64,000 nt of DNA from Leucoraja erinacea (lineage: Eukaryota). The notes under the pieces were generated by a model. That model made no database searches. It had not been told where the DNA came from and saw nothing but the letters and a program-made list of their open reading frames with translations. Position 1 is the stretch's first letter, and each line of letters opens with the position of its first letter. The translations under genes and the position numbers were made by a program. Where the stretch lies: positions 164,424,001 through 164,488,000 of the forward strand of contig NC_073377.1 of NCBI RefSeq assembly GCF_028641065.1, given 5' to 3'. Shown here in pieces: positions 1 through 13,425 of the stretch.

Positions 1-69
1 TCGGTGACCTGATACGTCAGTCAATGATGCCGGCAGTCGCCAAAATAAATTGCCAAGTGGGTCAGGCCT
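1..69. mobile_element. End of a non-autonomous DNA transposon (PIF/Harbinger-like MITE), truncated by window edge
   Basis: Terminus caagtgggtcaggccttt resembles the caagtgggacagggg terminus at ~22161-22180; CpG-richer than flanks. Confidence 0.4.
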
Positions 70-1439
70 TTTACTTCCTCATTCCATGTGGCAATCCAGA
101 AGAATTAATGAAAACCCTGTCACTGGAATTTCTCTCAGAAGTATGAAATTGTCTTATTTTAGAAGTTGCCTGTCTAGTTAAGATTAAGACTTTACACAAT
201 ATACATCCACAAACTAAGTTAATCGATAAATACATATAGTATAAATCACAATTAATCTAATCAGAATTCATTAAATGGACGGGAAAGTTACAGGAAGTGG
301 AAAACAGATCGATTCAGCTGCGCTGCTACAGTTGGCAAGAGAGTCATTTTCTGTCTTGACACTTCAATTAAATACTTTTATATCACAACTACCATAAAAT
401 TGTATGTCAATTTCATTGCAAATTCTGTTATAACACAGGTTTGAACTTAGATTATTGCGCAATACCTGGGACAGGCACAGTTATTGCTTTCAATATATAT
501 GATGATTATATATCTGCGTTCTACTCTGCATTCCATCTGTCATGGTGTTATTTTTGGAAGGAATCTAAACAGGGAGTGGGCGGCTCTGACCTTTCCTCAA
601 TACTAAGATTTAATACTATCAGTAATTATTTAAATTTATTTACTTTCTTGTTCATGTTGATATTGCAAAAGGTCAAGGAGAAAAGAATGTAAACCATTTT
701 TTTTTTAAATTGCTACAATATACATTCATTGATGTCAATGGCATTTTTTTGTTTAAATCTGGCAAATGGTATTTTAAGACGACAGGCTTTCAAGCTGGCG
801 GACAAAACCTTCATTGCAGAAATAATTAAATCTTCAAACCAAAGATCTGAGAATTATTAAAGACTGGCTTTCCAATTATAATCACCCAGTACAAATATGC
901 TGAAGGGGTAAACAATTGCTCAACAAAAACAAAACTGCATACTTGAAATAAATCTACACAAAATGTACTTAAAACATATTTGACACACTGATAAATTTAT
1001 GTTCGCAGATATGTGTGCAATCCTGTCCTGTTTATGCAAAATTAACACTTCACAGGATGGATATTTTGCAACTTCATTTGCTCAATTAATTCTTCTACAG
1101 CTCACTTTTGTTTTCTCAACTAAGTTCAAACTTCATATAGAACTGTAAAATCTGGACTGTACAATATCAGTTCTTTGAAATGCTTTTGAATCGGGTACAT
1201 GGAACAGCAGGTTTGTACCTACCCTAAACCTATTCCATGACTTAATAAAATAATGGCTAATGTGGATTCAAATTCCATCTACACGCCTTCAATCTGAGTT
1301 CCTTCACACAGCTAGAAAAATCTGGAAATTTCGGATTTAAACTTTAACTGTGCGAGAATCTGTTTTTTGAGAGAATATCTTCATAGGCGATCCCAGTGAT
1401 ATGGATGGAAGGAGGGAGGTGGTTTCAATCATAGATAGT

Positions 1440-1705
1440 AGGCTAGAGACACAGCCTAAAAATAGGCCCTTTGGCCTACCAGTGATAATTCATATACTAG
1501 TTCTATCCTACACACGAAGGACAATTTTCAGAAGCCAATTAACCTATAAACCTGCATGTCTTTCGGTTAATGGGAGGAAACTGTAGCATTCCAGAGAAAA
1601 TCCATGCAATCATAGGGAGAACGTACAAACTCAGTACAGACAGCACCCGTCGTCACAATCAAACCCAGGTCTCTGGTGTTGTATGGTGCAAATCTACCGC
1701 ATGAA
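1440..1705 (-). mobile_element. tRNA-derived SINE, HE1-like, decayed
   Basis: Same body (gagaacgtacaaactc...cagacagcacccgt) and CR1-like tail as copies at 19002 and 27958; degenerate B box. Confidence 0.7.
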
Positions 1706-1952
1706 GCTGCTTCATCAACACATACGTCGAGAATCGTATTTGGAAATAAAATCAATTTTGCATTGATTTATTTATTTTCTTCTGCATGATTTCTTTGAAT
1801 GATTTGTGAATTCTGGAAGGGTGAATTTCCATACACCAAATGCCCATAACACAGGGTCACCTACACTAACATTTGCATGAAGAAGCGTTTCTTATCTACT
1901 CTTCTGAATGTTTTGGCTCCAATTTGAATATCAGTCTCTTTGAGGCAGACAA

Positions 1953-2972
1953 AATGTGTAGGAAGGAACTGCAGATGCTGGTTTACACCGAAGATGTACA
2001 CAAAAAGCTGGAGTAACTTAATGAGCCAGGCAGCATCTCTGGAAAAAAGGAATATGTGATGTTTCAGGTTGTGCATAAGGGTCTTGCCCCAAAACGTTAC
2101 CTATTCCTTTTCTCCAGAGATGCTGCCTGACCTGCTGACTTGAAGGAATGGGTCGAGACCCTTCTTCAGACTGGTTAGGGAGAAGTGAAAAAAGAGATAT
2201 AGATGGTGATGTGGAGAGATAAAGAACAATGATTGAAAGGTATGCAAAAAAGTAACGATGATAAAGGAAACTTGTCGTAAGCTGTTTGTAGGGTGAAAAT
2301 GAGAAGCTAGTGCGACATGAGTGGGGGAGGGATAGAGAGAGGGAATGTTGGGACTACCGGAAGTGAGAGAAATCAATATTCATATCACAGGGCTGTAAGC
2401 TGCCCAAGCGAAATATGAGATACCATTCCTCCAATTTGCATTTAGCCTCACTCCGATAATGGAGGAGACAGAAAGGTCTGTATAGGAATGGGAAGGAGAA
2501 CTAATGTGTCCAGCAACCGGAAGATCATGTTGGTTCACGAGGGCTGAATGAAGATATTCCGCGAAACGATCGCCCAGTCTGCGTTTGGTCTCCACATCTT
2601 GAACAACGGATACAGTAGATGAGGTTGGAGGAGGTGCAAGTGAACCTCTGCCTAACCTGAAAGGACTGTCAGGGTACCTGGACAGAGTCGAGGGAGGAGG
2701 TATAGCAACAGGTGTTGCATCTTGCAGGGGAAGGTACCTGGGGAGAGAGTGGTTTGTGTGGAAAGGGATGAGTTAACCAGGGAGTTGCGGAAGGAATAGT
2801 CTCTGCGGAAGAAGGAAAGGGTGGAGATGGGAAAATGTGGCTAGTGGTGGGGTCCCATTGAAGGTGGCGGAAATTTCAGAGGATTATGTGTTGTATGTGA
2901 CGGCTGATGAGGTGGAAGGTAAGGACTAGGGGGACTATGGGGAGGGGGAGCAAGGGAGTAGCTGTGGTGTAC
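1953..2972 (-). mobile_element. Penelope-like element 3' fragment (GIY-YIG endonuclease remnant plus partly inverted terminal repeat)
   Basis: ORF remnant ETKRRLGDRFAEYLHS matches the PLE GIY-YIG region; terminal repeat gaaggaactgcagatgctgg...gacccttcttcagact, with an inverted segment at ~2080-2140. Confidence 0.75.
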
Positions 2973-3214
2973 CCTATATCGCTAGGATTTTTTCACCACA
3001 TTACTCACCATTCTCCTCCAAGACACCAAGTTTTGTTCTGACCAGTGAAATATGGAAAAAAGTTATGAAGGTTTAAAAAATCATGAGATCAGCAGATTGG
3101 TCTTCTCGTCTGTCAGTCACCATGAAGGTAATGCCCCTTCCTGCACGCGCTGGAGAATAAAGCCCCAGAGGCGGGGCTGAGCAAACAAGCTGTGCTAATT
3201 GAGTCCGCAAGAGT

Positions 3215-3385
3215 GTAGTTGGGAAAGCCGTTGTGTGGCTAATTGTAGGTTAATTGGCTCCGGCAAAAATTGTAAATCGTCCTTAGTGTGTAGGACAGTG
3301 CTAATTTGTGGGGTGATCGCTGGTCGGCGCAGACTCGGTGGGCCAAAAGGCCTATTTCCGTGCTGTACCTCTAAATTAAACATCA
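3215..3385 (+). mobile_element. HE1-like SINE, 3' half
   Basis: Reverse complement of the SINE tails at 19002 and 27958; ends ...cctatttccgtgctgtacctctaaattaaa. Confidence 0.7.
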
Positions 3386-3842
3386 ATTAATCAAATGCCT
3401 ACAGTGAGTTTAATGTCAGTTGAAGAAAAATGTTTGTCAGTTGACAGGGGAAGCATCTCTGGTTTTGTCAATGAGGTTTCACTAGGAGGACAAGGAACAC
3501 CAATCGATGTCTCATACAAAAGATGTTACATCCAATACAGCAGTGGTCCCTTAACATTGTAGTTGTTTGCTTAATATGAATAATGTTTGTAGTGGCAAGA
3601 GATTTAAAGATTATTGGATTCTGAGAAGTAAACAGCAAATAAATGTTGGCAATTAACATGTGTTTGTCTTTGGGAACAATCCTTCAGCTAGACAGAATAA
3701 GATTGGGTAACTCACCTGTCAATCAAGCCGGAAGCTCACATTCTCAGAACATAAAAGAGTGAATTTTGAAGATGTCTACTGAACAATACAACACAGTTGG
3801 GGTTCATATTATGAACAGATCAGGTAAGAAAAACAAGCTCAC

Positions 3843-4072
3843 CTGTGAACATTTTTGTCACCATTTTACTTTGCCTCCTGGAAGAGCAGACAAGCATTAG
3901 CCACGGTGGGAAAAAGTCATGATGAGATGCTAGAAGCTCTGCAATAGTCCTTGTCAAGCCTGTTGGCCTTTGCTCTCCTTCAGCATAATTGCAGCCTTCG
4001 TCAATTGAGTCCACAACGATGAAGAGATTCTGCTGAGGTGGTTTTATTCCCAAAAGTGGCAAAAGCACACAC
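3843..4072 (-). CDS. ANKRD50: ANKRD50 second coding exon (STAND/NACHT-like NTPase region, Walker B)
   Basis: Translates (R)[28 protein letters not shown]...[28 protein letters not shown], recognisable ANKRD50. Acceptor ttccttctttaag|G at 4073/4072, donor G|gtgag at 3843/3842. Phase matches the upstream exon (AG|G = Arg). Confidence 0.95.
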
Positions 4073-5586
4073 CTTAAAGAAGGAAACATGAGACCGGTTA
4101 CTCAAATCTCACACATCTTTGAAAATACAATTCCTTAAGGTAATGATACAAAAATAGATGTTAGCAAATTATAAGGATGAAACCTGGATAGGGAGAGAGG
4201 TAGATTAAGTGACCGGACAAGCGCATAGTTAACAAGTTGATTGACTACAATATAAAATATGAAAATTTGTGGCAATCAATTTTGGATGGAAAAACTCGAA
4301 GAAAAAGAATAAGACTATAAGACATTGACTGCACAAGGATCTGAGGGTCTTAGTGTAAGAAACATAGGTACAGCAATTACAAATGGTAATGGAATATTGG
4401 TCTTTATTACACAGGATATAAAGTATAAAAGCAGAAGGTTTTGAAGCAATGATACAGGGTAATGGTGTGCTGTACTTGGAATACCGCGTAAGTTTTAATC
4501 TCATATTTAAGAAAGAATAACGATTCGCTCCAATGAAGGTTAAGCAGATTTATAAACCTTAACAAGATTAACCCTCCACACACTGCAGTTTTTTATGGAT
4601 ATGAAGTGAGTGACCCGATTGAATCATATACAAATTGGTAAAGAGGATGCTGAGATGAAGTTTCCCCCATTTGGGTTACTTAGAACAAGAGCGTAGTTTC
4701 ACACAACTTTATTAAAGTTACTTAGTTGAGGGATCCCTGTCGCCTATAAAGTAAAAAGTTGAACTTTCATAAGCTAGAGAAATTCTTTAAACATCATTTT
4801 GATATAAAACGTTTAAGTTTATAGGTTAAATTGTATCTCATTGGGAATATGTACTTACCCGACTGTAAATATTTTAATTATTTCATGTATACATGCAATA
4901 TTTGGAAGTAATGACAACCAATGGTTGGAGTGTTTTTGGAGAAGCCAGTACATTAGTGTTTTCCCTGCTATAAAACTTTGTTCAACTGATTTGAGCATTC
5001 TTCACCAAAGGATTCAGTATTTTTGTAAATTCAATGTAAATAATGGGGCATTTGCAACTCCAACAGCAGGCCCACAGCTGCTCTAATGGACTCTACCTGG
5101 AATCCAGCAGCAAATATTGTTGTTCGTGAGCTACCCAGCTCTCAGGGACAAACATACCTATCCCCATTCAAATCAATGTGAGTCATTGGTGGCCACATAC
5201 AAGTAGTCTTTTGTTATTGAAGTTAGCTTCAATGGTTTCAATCAACTGTAGTGCATGAAAATGTCTACAGTGCTTCAAATGTAATTTCCTTTACAATATT
5301 TTTCATTATTTTGCCATTTATTTTAGAAAAGGAAAATATGTCTCAAGACTTCGACATTTGCAGTCACACACAGTACACAAGTCTGGGGGGGGATGGCTTT
5401 GCTGGCTGTCAAAGGAGTTCTGTGAATGCAGTAGGGCACCTGTGTCAAGGAAGCCCCAGTACTGATCTGGGCATTTCAGAGAGAGCAGACTGGTTACCAT
5501 ATCATGCACATCCTATCAGTATATTTTATACAGCGCATCTGTAGAAGATCAAAATAATCCCTGTGGACCTGCGGAATCTTCTCAGT

Positions 5587-6023
5587 GGGGAGATCAGGAA
5601 CCTTTTGTCATGGTGCCAGAATAACAAATTAACCCTTCACATCAGCAACATAAAAATTTGGGTGTGCACCCAAGGAAGCAGGGGGACGAACACACCCTGT
5701 CCTCATCAATAGAGCTGCTGCAGAGATGGTCACCAGCTTCAAGTTCCTCAGCATCCAATATCATAAGATACCTGGTCCCTTCACATTGTTGCAGTGATTA
5801 AGAAAGCACCCAAGAAAATAAAGACACTGATGTGCTTTCTTAATCATGGCATCAATGTGAAGGGACCAGGGTAGGTTGCTTCTCTACAGCAGCTCCGTTG
5901 ATTGAGGCACGGTGTATTTACCCATCTGCTTCCTTTGGTCAACAACTACCCTTCCTGTCCTGCTGACGTAAAAGGCTATTTTTTTTTCCTTTTGCACCAT
6001 AACAATAGTTCCTGATCTCCCTT
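5587..6023. mobile_element. Decayed LINE (Rex-Babar/L2-like) fragment present as an inverted duplication
   Basis: 5771-5809 is nearly the reverse complement of 5831-5869; gggagatcaggaac at ~5588 mirrors gttcctgatctccc at ~6008. Confidence 0.6.
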
Positions 6024-6102
6024 TTGTATTCTGAAACATCATTGTTGCTGTTATCAATAATTAAGTAAAATATTCAGGTCTCACAGACCAATTATTTATG
6101 TT

Positions 6103-6248
6103 TAAGAAGGAACTGCACATGCTGGAAAATCGAAGGTACACAAAAAAGCTGGAGAAACTCAGCGGGTGCAGCAGCATCTATGGAGCGAAGGAAATAGGCT
6201 CCATAGATGCTGCTGCACCCGCTGAGTTTCTCCAGCTTTTTTGTGTAC
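6103..6248. mobile_element. Penelope terminal-repeat-derived foldback insertion
   Basis: Perfect 51-bp inverted arms 6136-6186 and 6198-6248; 17-bp direct repeat with 1 mismatch at 6086-6102 and 6249-6265. Confidence 0.8.
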
Positions 6249-7555
6249 GACCAATTAATTATGTTAGTTTTATATTACAATGGTGGTTCCAAAAGGTGTT
6301 AGCACTCTACTCTTTATTCCTTCTATAGTGTTTTCCTTCTGAAATTCTATAGAACTACTGGTCCTGTCATGAGGTCTGGCAAATCAATTTTCTCTTCCTC
6401 AGCAGCAAACAGGTAAACTCAGATAAAACTACTTGAGAAATGTAAACAAGCTTACAACTGATTAACACTATGTTATGACTATGTTAGTGCAAACATCCTG
6501 CAAACTACATTTAAGTACACATGAACTATCTTGTTTAAAGCCGTTAACATGACTCGACAGACAATAGTGGACTGCTCGACTGCATTACAATCATATCATA
6601 CCATTCTGTCCTTTATCCTCAACATATCTACTATCAAAATTAATCCCCAGGATTTCTATATAGATCTAACCTCGTAGATCTGAATAAGGATCTCAACCCG
6701 AAACATTACCCATTCCTTCTCTCCAGATTTGCTGCCTGTCCCGCTGAGTTACTCCAGCATTTTGTATCCAGCCTCCAATTGTCCATTTTTGGTTTGATAA
6801 TGATATTTAATTCAAAAAGAACATTTGAAATAAAGATTATAAAGAAATGAAGAAAAGAACAATTATTAATTCACTATATGGCCACAGTAATTACCTCAAT
6901 TAATATTACAGTGCCACCAACAGGGAAACTACTCAACTGCTGCTTTAGAAATGTCTTAAACATTTAACAATTTATTGAAGAATATACCAAAAAACTGCAG
7001 ATGCTGGGAATCTGAAACAAAATGCTTTAAATACACAACATCACAAGTGACATCCATAGAAGGAGAAACAGTTAACATTTCAGATATGGATTTTTGTCAA
7101 AACATCTCCAGTTCTTGGAAAGGGTGCTGGACCCTTCTACCAAAAGAACGACCCAGCTTTCAACATTTTCTATTTTTCTTTAATCATCTGTTGACTAAAG
7201 TCATTGTCACCAGTTCTATTTTTCAGTTCTCTATGTGGACAACAGTATTAAATTCAGCAAGAAAGTTGCAACGAGATAAAGGATTGGCTACAAACGTAAT
7301 ACATGGTGGATTAAGTGTAGGGCAACATGTAAATACAACCAATACTCTTTCTGCATATGTGTTTTTCAAATAGTTACTGGTAAATCATTTGAAAGCCTGG
7401 GCTATTTTTAATTGTATGCCAAATGTCCTCAGGAATAATTACTTGCACTTATTTTGCTCATCAAAAGGAAATAAACTAAATTGTTGAAAATGTGAACATG
7501 TGTGACATTTTGGATGCACCCACAGAATACATCACAATAAATTCATAACCAAGGA

Positions 7556-7835
7556 TCACAGTTTAAGAATAAGGGGTAAGCCATTTAGGACTGAGATGAG
7601 GAAAAACGTTTTCACCCAGAGAGTTGTGAATCTGTGGCATTCTCTGCCACAGAAGGCAGCGGAGGTCAATTCACTGGATGTTTTCAAGAGAGAGTTAGAT
7701 CTAGCTCTTAGGGCTAAGGGAATCAAGGGATATGGGGGAAAAACACAGAACATGGTCCTGATTTTGGATGATCAGCCATGATTATATTGAATGGCGGCGC
7801 TGGGTCAAAGGGCCAAATGGCCTACTCATGTTTCT
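7556..7835 (+). mobile_element. CR1 LINE 3' end
   Basis: ORF2 C-terminus RKNVFTQRVVNLWHSLPQKAAEVNSLDVFKRELD followed by CR1 3' UTR. Confidence 0.85.
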
Positions 7836-8009
7836 AATGGTATCATGCTGCATTAGGGTTAGCATTCTGTTCAAACTGGACAAAATCCTCCGGATTTTCA
7901 AGAGGCAAGCATCTGAAAAAGCAGCCCACTAGTCAGATTTTATTTTTGTTGCACTTCAGCTCAAAATATTTAATAATCACAAATTACCAGAAGTGATAGA
8001 AAAAAGTTA

Positions 8010-8558
8010 TAAAGGCACCTGGGATATTTTATGCAATTGAGGAAATTGAGAGTGTCTCCGAGGATCCTCCAGTGCTTCTACACAGCGGCGGTGGAAAGCA
8101 TCTTGTCCAGGAACATTACCATCTTGCTCTACCAAGGACAAGAAGGCTCTGCAGAGAGTAGTGCGTTCGGCCGAACGTACTATGGGAACTTCACTTGCCC
8201 CCCTGCAGGAACTATACATCAGGAGGTGCAACTCCACAGCCAACAATATCATGAGAGACCCCTTCCACCCCTGCAACAGACTGTTCCAGCTGCTATCCGT
8301 TGCCATACGGTGAGAACGGAGAGGTTGAGAAGGAGTTTCTTCCCAGAGGCCATTCGGACTGTAAACGCCTATCTCACCAGGGACTAACTCTACTGAACGT
8401 TTTTCCTTCCATTATTTATTATGTAAAAGAATATGTGTGTTATGATTGTGTTTATAGTTTGTTTGGTTGTTTGTCTTTTGCACAAAAGTCCGCGAGCATT
8501 GCCACTTTCATTTCACTGCACATCTCTTATGTGTATGTGACAAATAAACTTGACGACT
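8010..8558 (+). mobile_element. Rex-Babar-like LINE 3' fragment
   Basis: LRKLRVSPRILQCFYTAAVESILS...RTERLRRSFFPEAIRTVN, then a 3' UTR ending ...gtgacaaataaacttgac. Confidence 0.75.
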
Positions 8559-8964
8559 AGTTTAATCAATGAACATTAATGACAGAGATTGAAACAAGAA
8601 CAGGAAAGGAAAAAGTTATAAAAAGAATCAAGCCCAGTGGTTTTCTTTAAAAGGAACAATTAGATGGAGAAAAGAACAAAGGCAAGATGGAAAAAGTAAG
8701 AATTGCGACATTTTCCACCTCTCAAATCTCATTTGTTCAATTTCTGGGCCAAATCTCATTTATTTAGATCCTGGCTATGAAAGATTTAGAGGGATGTGGG
8801 GCAAAACAGGGAGGTGGGACGCATAGATGGAGCGTCTTGGTTGGCATGAGCGAGTTGGGCCGAAAGGCCTGGTTCTGTGCTGTATGACACAGTAGACACA
8901 TAAATATAATCATTACAAGGATTCTTATATCATTAAATACCAACTATTTTATTTGCAAGGAATT

Positions 8965-9385
8965 CTATAGTTTATCATTGTCACATATCGAAACATACAG
9001 TGAAAAGCATTTGTTTGTGTATTATTCAGTGAAAAACTCTATATATGTTTACAAGCAGGATGTCCACAGTGTACAGGTATGGGATACAACAAGAGTTCAA
9101 AAGTCTCCAATGAGGTAGCTGGGGGGGGGTTGCCTGATATCAGCTGGGAAGAAACTGTCCCTGAATCTAGAAGTATGCGTTCTTAAACATCTGTCCCTCT
9201 TGCCTGATGGGAGAGGGAAGAGGGAGTGACCGGTGTGAGACTGGCCCTTGATTATGCCCATGGCCTTGGCGAGGCAGCGTGAAGAGTAGATAGTCAATGG
9301 AATGGAGGTTGGTTTGTGTGATGGTTTAGGCTGCATGCACAATTCTCTGCAATTTCTTGCGGTCTTGGATGGAGCTGTTCCCAAA
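8965..9385 (-). mobile_element. Rex-Babar-like LINE 3' fragment
   Basis: HSLFPLPSGKR...RTHTSRFRDSFFPADIRQ motif and tail. Confidence 0.7.
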
Positions 9386-9399
9386 CTGAATCGTCCACA

Positions 9400-9660
9400 A
9401 ATAAGCCATTTAGGAAGGAAATGAGGAAACACTTTTTCACACAGGGAGTTGCGAGTCTGTGAAATTCTCTGCGTCAGAGGGCAGTGGAGGCCGTATCACT
9501 GGAAACTTTCAAGAGAGAGCGAGGTAGGGCTCTTGAAAGATAACAGAGTCAGAGGATATGGGGAGAAGGTAGGAATAGGGTACTGATTGTGGATGATCAG
9601 CCATTGAATAGCGGTGCTGGCTTGAAGAGCCGTATGACCCATCCTGCACCTATTGTCTAA
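9400..9660 (+). mobile_element. CR1 LINE 3' end
   Basis: Homologous to 35790-36040 (gagg(a)aacactttttc...cctgcacctattgtct). Confidence 0.8.
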
Positions 9661-12600
9661 TCGTTGTGATGCACCCCGATAAAATCAATGGAGCTGTCAA
9701 TGTTCCAATTTTCAGGAGGCCCACAGTAAAGTGATACACATTGTCCAGCAATTTGGAGCATTTTGCAGTTCCTCTCCAACACATTTTTGTGAGTTTTTTT
9801 GTATGCGAACAATAGCGTGTGGATTAAACTGACTACCATTTTCACCTGAAGATGATATCTCAATATATCCATGACTTTTGTAAATTAAAACAGCCGACCC
9901 ACAAAGATTCATTTGAAAACTTACAATTTAAACTCCACGTTGGATGAATTATGCCAGACGATGCTGAAAAAACAATAAGCCTTGCAATATGACTTGTGGT
10001 TGGAGCAACATTCATCTGGCAGCATGCACAAAGCTTCACTGAGAAGTTTAAAAACGTGCAAAAATTCTCACATGTCACAATAAAACAATTGTTTTGAATT
10101 ATATATCTGCCATTTAGTTCTATAAAGTCTTTCCACCAAAATTAAAACTGACAACCCAGCAAATGATTCCCACCCACCCAGCTACCCATATCACACAAAG
10201 CACTTCTTGTATACCTGACCATGCCCCAATCTAATACATCATTTTTGCCTGCCACCCCTCCACCCAGTCATCAAATCAATTTTGCCCTCAAAGTGCAGCA
10301 GCACCATCCTCTCAGGCAAGGAAAAGAACGGATAATTAGGTTATTTGGAAGAGAATGGAATAATTAGAGCCAGTCAGCATGATTTTGTCTGTGAACAATT
10401 CCGTTTTTTGAAAAGGTGGATGCCTGTATGAACCTCTAAACCTCTTCACCATTCTACTGATTTGTATCTTCTAATACAGAGCTTCCATACCCAGACAAAC
10501 AAATGTACTCACACACATCCTTTTGTGTGTAAACAGCTGGTGTGGCAAATTTTCTCACATGTCAGATACCGAGAAAACCTGCACGAGGTGCTTTTGGAGA
10601 TTTGGGGGTGGGGGTGAGGGTGGTGATGAGAACATCACATTCTTTTAGATACATCAAAAAAGATTTTTCCATTTATTTGATTTAGGCTCAATATATTTTC
10701 AACTAATTTATATACAGTAATTATAAAAATAGTGTTTGTCTGCAATGCCGCAAATAAGATGTTTTGGTTAGATAAGTAGAGGGCGTGTGGCTTTCTGATG
10801 AAACTAATGTTATGGTTATCTTTTGTGACAATATGATTCTTCATCTATACATCGGCTTGAATATCAATTCTAACCTCCTTCTACGAGTGCACGAGTCATT
10901 ATTATATCCCATTTTAACTATGGAACTTCCTCTCTGGGGATGACCTACTCAGTATTTCCAATGGCTCTATAGCATGCTTCTTTAATGTGTTTTTTTTGTT
11001 CTTAGTGTGGAGAATGATGACTTTCGGAGAAAATAACAAATCTGCTGGATATAAAAGAAAAAATAATCATGCCATCCACATGATATGCTGAGATTCATTT
11101 ATCTTGTCATTTATTAATATCCAATGACCCACTTTGTGAGGCTGGTCTCTTCACCTAAGTCAAGGATAGGCCAGAGATATTACAAGAAGATCCTTGTTAT
11201 CAAAGGCGTGTATAAATGAATGAAGACAGTTCTTTCAGTAACTAGATTGCATATATTTCTCACATAAGCCAACTGACTGGGATTGTTTAACCATGGGACA
11301 CTTTTACCCTGAAAAAAAATACTATTGTGGTGGTAAAATGGATTCATACACTAAAGCATCTGATTATATTTTCCCTTCAATTTGTATGGTCATTACAAAT
11401 GCATATTTTGTGTAAATTACCTTTAGGGGGGGTTCCCTCCACAATCAAATCACTGCATTTATTTAATGTTTGCTTGGTTAATTCATTAAAAATGCGTCTG
11501 TCCTCCCTAGGAAACAGGATGAAGTGATAGAAATGATTATGAAAAGGTTATCTGGAGAAATGTTAGAATGTAATTTTCTACCAGAGAGCATTCACTGCCA
11601 TTTTTAAGAAATAGAAATTGTACAAATAGAAGGATCAAAAGCTTAGTGCTAATAGAGCAGGACGAAAATGGATGGAGGAGGCTCATTTATGGTATAAATC
11701 ATACCCAGTTGGGTCAATGAACTTTCTGTGCAATAAACCATGTGTAATTCAATATAAAACAGCGATCTTCATTGAAGTACGAGTCTTTTTACAATATTGG
11801 AGAAATATTGAGGAACAAGATTATTATTCAGGTTTTTACAACATTACACTGTACTTCACAAACATCTATCCATCATGTGAAACCTTACGAATAACAGTTA
11901 TAAATTAGATTACTTCAAGACCGAAAGTCAAAAACTTTTTTCATAACAGACAACTTTTCATCTTTTTACCACCATTTTGGACACCAAAAATGTGACATTA
12001 AAAACTCTGCCACATTTAGTCATGAACTTCATATGGCCCCTCATACATATACATTTTGTTAATGATCTAAGGAAATATATTCATCAATACCAGGAGAAAA
12101 ATACAGTAGCATGACTGGTATTCCGCCTAGCAAAGATCCCGTAATGGTCGTTGTGCTTGGTGTCCGTTGGTATCCTATGGTAGTAGTAATTTTTGGCCGA
12201 GTTAATTATTTTTTCTTATTTTCCAATTTAATATATCAAAAACATCATGGTGTCAAAAACGCAACGACCGTTTAGGATATATTTTCCGACTTAAAATCAA
12301 TTATAAAAAAATGTTGGACATAAATTGGTCATCAAAACTAAAAAAGACAAAAAAAAACAAGCCAATCTTCAATTTGGCAATACACTGTCTCTTGTTTCCC
12401 TTTCGTACAGACCAAGTCGCTAACTTCATTCCTTCGTGTCAACTTCCAGAAGCTCCATAACGATCATTACGGAGACATTTTACTCACTAAAAAATCATCC
12501 CAAATCAAAGCTTCTGACGAATCATCAGGCATCGAAAGAGGTCAAATCCATAAGGTAATGCACCGTTTAAATCACATTGGTGAAAATGTTTAGTTTTCGC

Positions 12601-13425
12601 TTATAATGTAACATTTGTTTTCTGGGATACCAAACCTTTGAGTGTCCATCACAACGTGCATTTGTGTGTATGATGTGTGTCGGGAAAGGAATAAGAAATA
12701 TGTGTCGGTGGATACCACGCGACAACAGTTACACAAAATGTATTTGTGTATTCTGATGCTATTTTCGGAAACATGCCATCAATATGCTATCTTTTCTTAT
12801 ATTTTTTTGTTGATACTATGTTAGGGATGAACCCGATAAAATGCGTGTTAACTTTTTTGAAGGAATTTGAAATTTGACTCCCTTTGACACATTATTGCGT
12901 GCAGTATTGTAAAAATACAGGGTATGCTAACATACTAGCAGGATAAAATATCAAACTACAAGATCTCTTTTTAATATGGTTTGCCATACATATAATAAGC
13001 ACTTAAGAAGTCCATTGTTATGACTTACATTTAGTATTTTGATGAATATCCTGACCACCTAAGGGTGCATTGATCAGGGTGTGGATTTAACAGAACATGA
13101 ACCATGTAAAAGTATATACGGAGACAGATCATGATCATAAATGCCTATTTGGTTTGGAAGCATGTTGGTTACATGACTCGCATTTCCAAATAACAGTGAA
13201 ACCCATCAATACCAAAGATAATACCAGGATTTAGCTGCATATCCATGCAGAAGTTCTGGGTTCAGCACAGCTGTCAGTTTAAATTGACAGAGACATCTTC
13301 TGACCAACTGCCTGTGCTGTTTTAGTGGACTTCACATGGCATCCAATAGGGTGATGTGACCTTCCAGAGTTCACAACTCTCAGGCTGGAACATTATGACT
13401 GAGCCTGTGGAACCTCTGTCGCACC

